Shown one piece after another: positions 18,463 through 21,168 of a stretch of 21,168 nt of DNA. Origin of the DNA: Piedraia hortae CBS 480.64. Its lineage: Eukaryota. Where the stretch lies: positions 186,001 through 207,168 of the forward strand of contig MU005986.1 of NCBI GenBank assembly GCA_010093745.1, read 5' to 3'. The notes beneath the pieces are model-generated. The model was not told the origin of the DNA. It saw only the letters and a program-made list of their open reading frames with translations, and did not search any database. Each line of letters starts with the position of its first letter. Positions within the stretch are counted from its first letter, which is position 1. Position numbers and translations under genes: made by a program.

Positions 18463-19644
18463 TCACGACCAGAACCACCCCTTCTTCTTCTTCATCTTCG
18501 AGACATCGCTGATTTGCTTTGGCTCCTGCACATCATCCTCGCCAAACGACGGCTGCTCCTTGTAGGTGTGATTCTCCTCCTTTGTCTCCTCCCTTCCATC
18601 CGCAAACCTCTGCTTAAGAATGGTTTTCGTAGTGACCGTCCCGTCAGCCGAACGAGTAGTGTAGGACGTAGTCAACGACGACAAAACATCCACCCTCTCT
18701 GGTCCTTTAACATGCCTTGGCTTCTGGTCAACCAACCCCAAAGCTTCAGCTTCCTCATCCTCAGGTTCACTCTCATACCACGGAACCTGCCTCTCAGCAG
18801 GCATCTCCACCACCTTCCGCTCTTGTGCCTTCAACAGAGGAGTCAACGGTCTAGTAGGCCTGACCAACTCTTCAACCAGCTCGCTCAGCTCCAAAGGGCC
18901 ATCCCCCGACCCCTCATCATCATCAAGAAGTCCCTCATCGCACGCCTCCCTTATCCTCTTCACAGATTCAGTCCCAACATCCCTCCTCACCCTCCGCATC
19001 ACTACACTCGGCGGGGACGCAATCGGCAGGACACCCCTCCTCATCAACCCCACCATCCAACTCAACCCCGGCTCCGTCAAGTCACCCCTCCCGCGCACAC
19101 CCATCTGCCTCCCCAGACTCGCCGAAATCAAATCCTCAAACGCCCCCCTCCAGTCCCTCTGCACCGTCGTCTCAAGCGCAACAGGGGAGTAAGCGCTATA
19201 CTTGAACCAATTCAGACTAAGCCATTGCGGCTGCCATCCAAACAAATGCAGTACCGAACCAAACCCATCACCCCCGTGCCGCCCAAATTGCGGTAGCGGT
19301 AATCCATCATCATATAGTGCCTGAATTTTACTCCGCGCGACGTCGCGACTTCGCACCCTGTTCTCCCTCAGCAGAGCAAGGGCGAGGGAAACGCCGCGTT
19401 CCCGTTGCGCAGTAGAAATCTCGTCCCAGTCAGCGTCTTTATCGTCGTTGCCAGTCCACTGATGTCTCATCGCGCGCGAATGCTCCGTTGCCCGGTCTTG
19501 AACCGCGCGCCACCCCGTCGTAAGGTCGCTGATCCCGCTGTCGACAAACTCCCTCATCCCCTCGAAGAAGCCGTCGTAGCTGCGCTGGATGCGTTTACCG
19601 AGACAGTCCCTCTCCTGATCACCACCGTTCCGGTTTCTGCACAT
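18463..19644 (-). CDS. Uncharacterised fungal protein, 393 aa
   Basis: Long ORF, ACC-ATG start at 19644. Motif-like blocks MREFVD, WFKYSAYSPVALE, WRGAFEDL, LSSLTTSYTTRSADGTVTTKTILKQRFADGREE and terminal KKGWFWS resemble hypothetical Pezizomycotina proteins (from recollection, not searched). Confidence 0.8.
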   Translation of the reverse strand: MCRNRNGGDQERDCLGKRIQRSYDGFFEGMREFVDSGISDLTTGWRAVQDRATEHSRAMRHQWTGNDDKDADWDEISTAQRERGVSLALALLRENRVRSRDVARSKIQALYDDGLPLPQFGRHGGDGFGSVLHLFGWQPQWLSLNWFKYSAYSPVALETTVQRDWRGAFEDLISASLGRQMGVRGRGDLTEPGLSWMVGLMRRGVLPIASPPSVVMRRVRRDVGTESVKRIREACDEGLLDDDEGSGDGPLELSELVEELVRPTRPLTPLLKAQERKVVEMPAERQVPWYESEPEDEEAEALGLVDQKPRHVKGPERVDVLSSLTTSYTTRSADGTVTTKTILKQRFADGREETKEENHTYKEQPSFGEDDVQEPKQISDVSKMKKKKGWFWS

Positions 19645-19803
19645 GGTTGTCAAAGTTGGGGGTTGGAGCGCTTATGGATACACGATACACCATCCCCGCA
19701 CAGCCGCCCTACAGTACCACCAAAATCCTACCGCGGCTGCACTCCTTGATAGCACTCCTCACCCGTAGGCACCTCCGACGGATCCCCAAACACCAAACCG
19801 TCG

Positions 19804-21024
19804 CTATCTATTCCTATTCAAAACCCATCTCCTAACAACAAACTCCCTAACCCTATACCCCCTCAACAATCCCCCCACCCTCCCCTTTACAGCCTGGAGT
19901 GGGGGGACATCCACATACACAAGCACAAGCGCCTTCTTAACCTGACCCTGCACTCTATTAACCGCGTGGAGCCACCACCAATCCTTATTTTTCCCCACAC
20001 TCCTCTCTTTCTGTCCCTGTTCGCTCTTCCAGTAGGGATGTGTATAAGAGGGGATTATGATACATGCGAATTCTGCATGGCTGAAGACTGGACCGCGGTT
20101 GTAGAGGAGATAGTCAACTGCGAACTTTACGCCGGGGCGGACGACCCATCCGAGGGAACGGAAGTGGTGGTACGTGACGTAATTGAGGAGGAAGGGGGCG
20201 TCGGGTTGGAAGGTCGGGGATGGGGATGGGGGGAAGGTTGAGTTTGTGGTGAAGATGGTTAGGAGATCCCAAGGGGTGGGGTGCGCGAGGTTTGCGACCT
20301 TGATGGTGAGTGCGCCGAGGGCGTAGGACAGAAAAAAGGCTTCTTCGAGGGTTAGGGTGAGGTGTTCGTGGTTTACGATTTCGGGGTCTGGTGACCCAGG
20401 GGTGTTGGGTGAGTTGTTTGTTGGCTGTTCGGGGGCCGGGGCAGCTACTGTCTGCTCTGACTTTGACTCGGTGGGTTCTTCTCCCTCCTTTGTAAGGATA
20501 TCGCTTTCAAATTTCTCCCCCCTCTCAACCGCCCTCTGCGCTTCAATCTTCAGTCTCTCCAGTCTTGCCCTCTCGAGTTTAAACTTCCTCCTCTCTTGTC
20601 GTCTAGCTTCCGTAACTTCTTCCGCTGTGCGAGTCCCATCCCGTTGCGCTTTTAACCGCGCCTTCTCGCGATCCAGCCAGCTTGGTTCACTGCGTGATAG
20701 GCTCCCCTTGCCGAAAAATCCCATCTCCCAGAGCTTGCGCACTTGGTTCGGTTCGGTGACGTGTACTGAACGGGTTTCTGGGGAGAAATAGCCGATACAG
20801 TGTGGTGGAGGTTGAGGTGGTGGGGAGATGAAATGGGAGATCCACGTGTAGCAGAGTTTTAGGATAGAAAGTGGCTGTGAAGGATAGAAGTCTGGGAGGG
20901 GAAAAACCTCCACGGGCAAGGGTTTGCTGTGGACTTGGTTGTAGTTTGGTCTTTTGGGTCTTGTGGGTTTGGGTCGTGGGGGATTCTCGATTGTGGGATT
21001 CAATTGGTCGTTTGAAGTAGACAT
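19804..21024 (-). CDS. SEN2: tRNA-splicing endonuclease catalytic subunit Sen2, 406 aa, intronless
   Basis: LWEMGFFGKGSLSRSEPSW, EHLTLTLEEAFFLSYALG, YHHFRSLGWVVRPGVKFAVDYLLYNRGPVFSHAEF (catalytic Tyr/His), RVQGQVKK (catalytic Lys), RRWVLNRNR. The likely start is ACC-ATG at 21024. Confidence 0.95.
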   Translation of the reverse strand: MSTSNDQLNPTIENPPRPKPTRPKRPNYNQVHSKPLPVEVFPLPDFYPSQPLSILKLCYTWISHFISPPPQPPPHCIGYFSPETRSVHVTEPNQVRKLWEMGFFGKGSLSRSEPSWLDREKARLKAQRDGTRTAEEVTEARRQERRKFKLERARLERLKIEAQRAVERGEKFESDILTKEGEEPTESKSEQTVAAPAPEQPTNNSPNTPGSPDPEIVNHEHLTLTLEEAFFLSYALGALTIKVANLAHPTPWDLLTIFTTNSTFPPSPSPTFQPDAPFLLNYVTYHHFRSLGWVVRPGVKFAVDYLLYNRGPVFSHAEFACIIIPSYTHPYWKSEQGQKERSVGKNKDWWWLHAVNRVQGQVKKALVLVYVDVPPLQAVKGRVGGLLRGYRVREFVVRRWVLNRNR

Positions 21025-21027
21025 GGT

Positions 21028-21076
21028 TTCTTCTTCTTCTTCTTCTTCTTCTTCTTCTTCTTTTTTTTTTTTTTTT
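21028..21076. repeat. (TTC)11 microsatellite plus T16 tract, i.e. A16(GAA)11 directly upstream of the SEN2 start codon
   Basis: TTC x11 at 21028-21060 and T x16 at 21061-21076. Confidence 0.95.
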
Positions 21077-21168
21077 GAAAGAATGTGCGCGCGTGCGTGC
21101 AACCGAAATTGTTGTGCGGAAATGTATTATAATTGTGAGCAGATGTGTACCTGCATACAAATCTCTAC

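Noticed and set aside
19845..19854. CCCTAACCCT telomere-like sequence (also near 1889)
   Set aside because: Fewer than two full repeats, inside coding sequence, and expected from local C-richness.
292..21024. Functional clustering of an intron-containing tRNA with SEN2
   Set aside because: They are about 19 kb apart with unrelated housekeeping genes between, and intron-containing tRNAs are common and dispersed in fungi.
1..21168. Transposons, CRISPR arrays, secondary-metabolite cluster or horizontally acquired island
   Set aside because: No transposase or reverse-transcriptase motifs, terminal repeats, spaced repeats or backbone enzymes were seen. All recognised genes are ordinary fungal housekeeping types.

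Overview
Gene-dense eukaryotic DNA from a filamentous ascomycete (Pezizomycotina; possibly Dothideomycete/Capnodiales-like, inferred from protein style only). The genome looks streamlined: most introns are 42-59 nt, several genes lack introns, and convergent stop codons lie only 9-13 nt apart. Contents in order: an intron-containing tRNA-Ser(CGA), about 1.4 kb without a convincing ORF, an orphan ORF, a Tea4/Bud14-type SH3 polarity protein, MDM10, RNR2, a WDR44/Dgr2-like WD40 protein, NIPSNAP, RRP15, SRP54, an FMP42/SLC43-like MFS transporter, a DJ-1/PfpI protein with an insertion, an uncharacterised protein and SEN2. No transposon, CRISPR array or secondary-metabolite cluster is visible. The most unusual signals are in the SH3 gene. 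A 570-nt in-frame intron (exitron-like) is open except for one UAG, which sits at the tip of a perfect 8-bp hairpin (candidate editing/readthrough switch). Separately, a single-base frameshift at about 3931 disconnects the C-terminal half. All gene models were built by eye; no searches were run.
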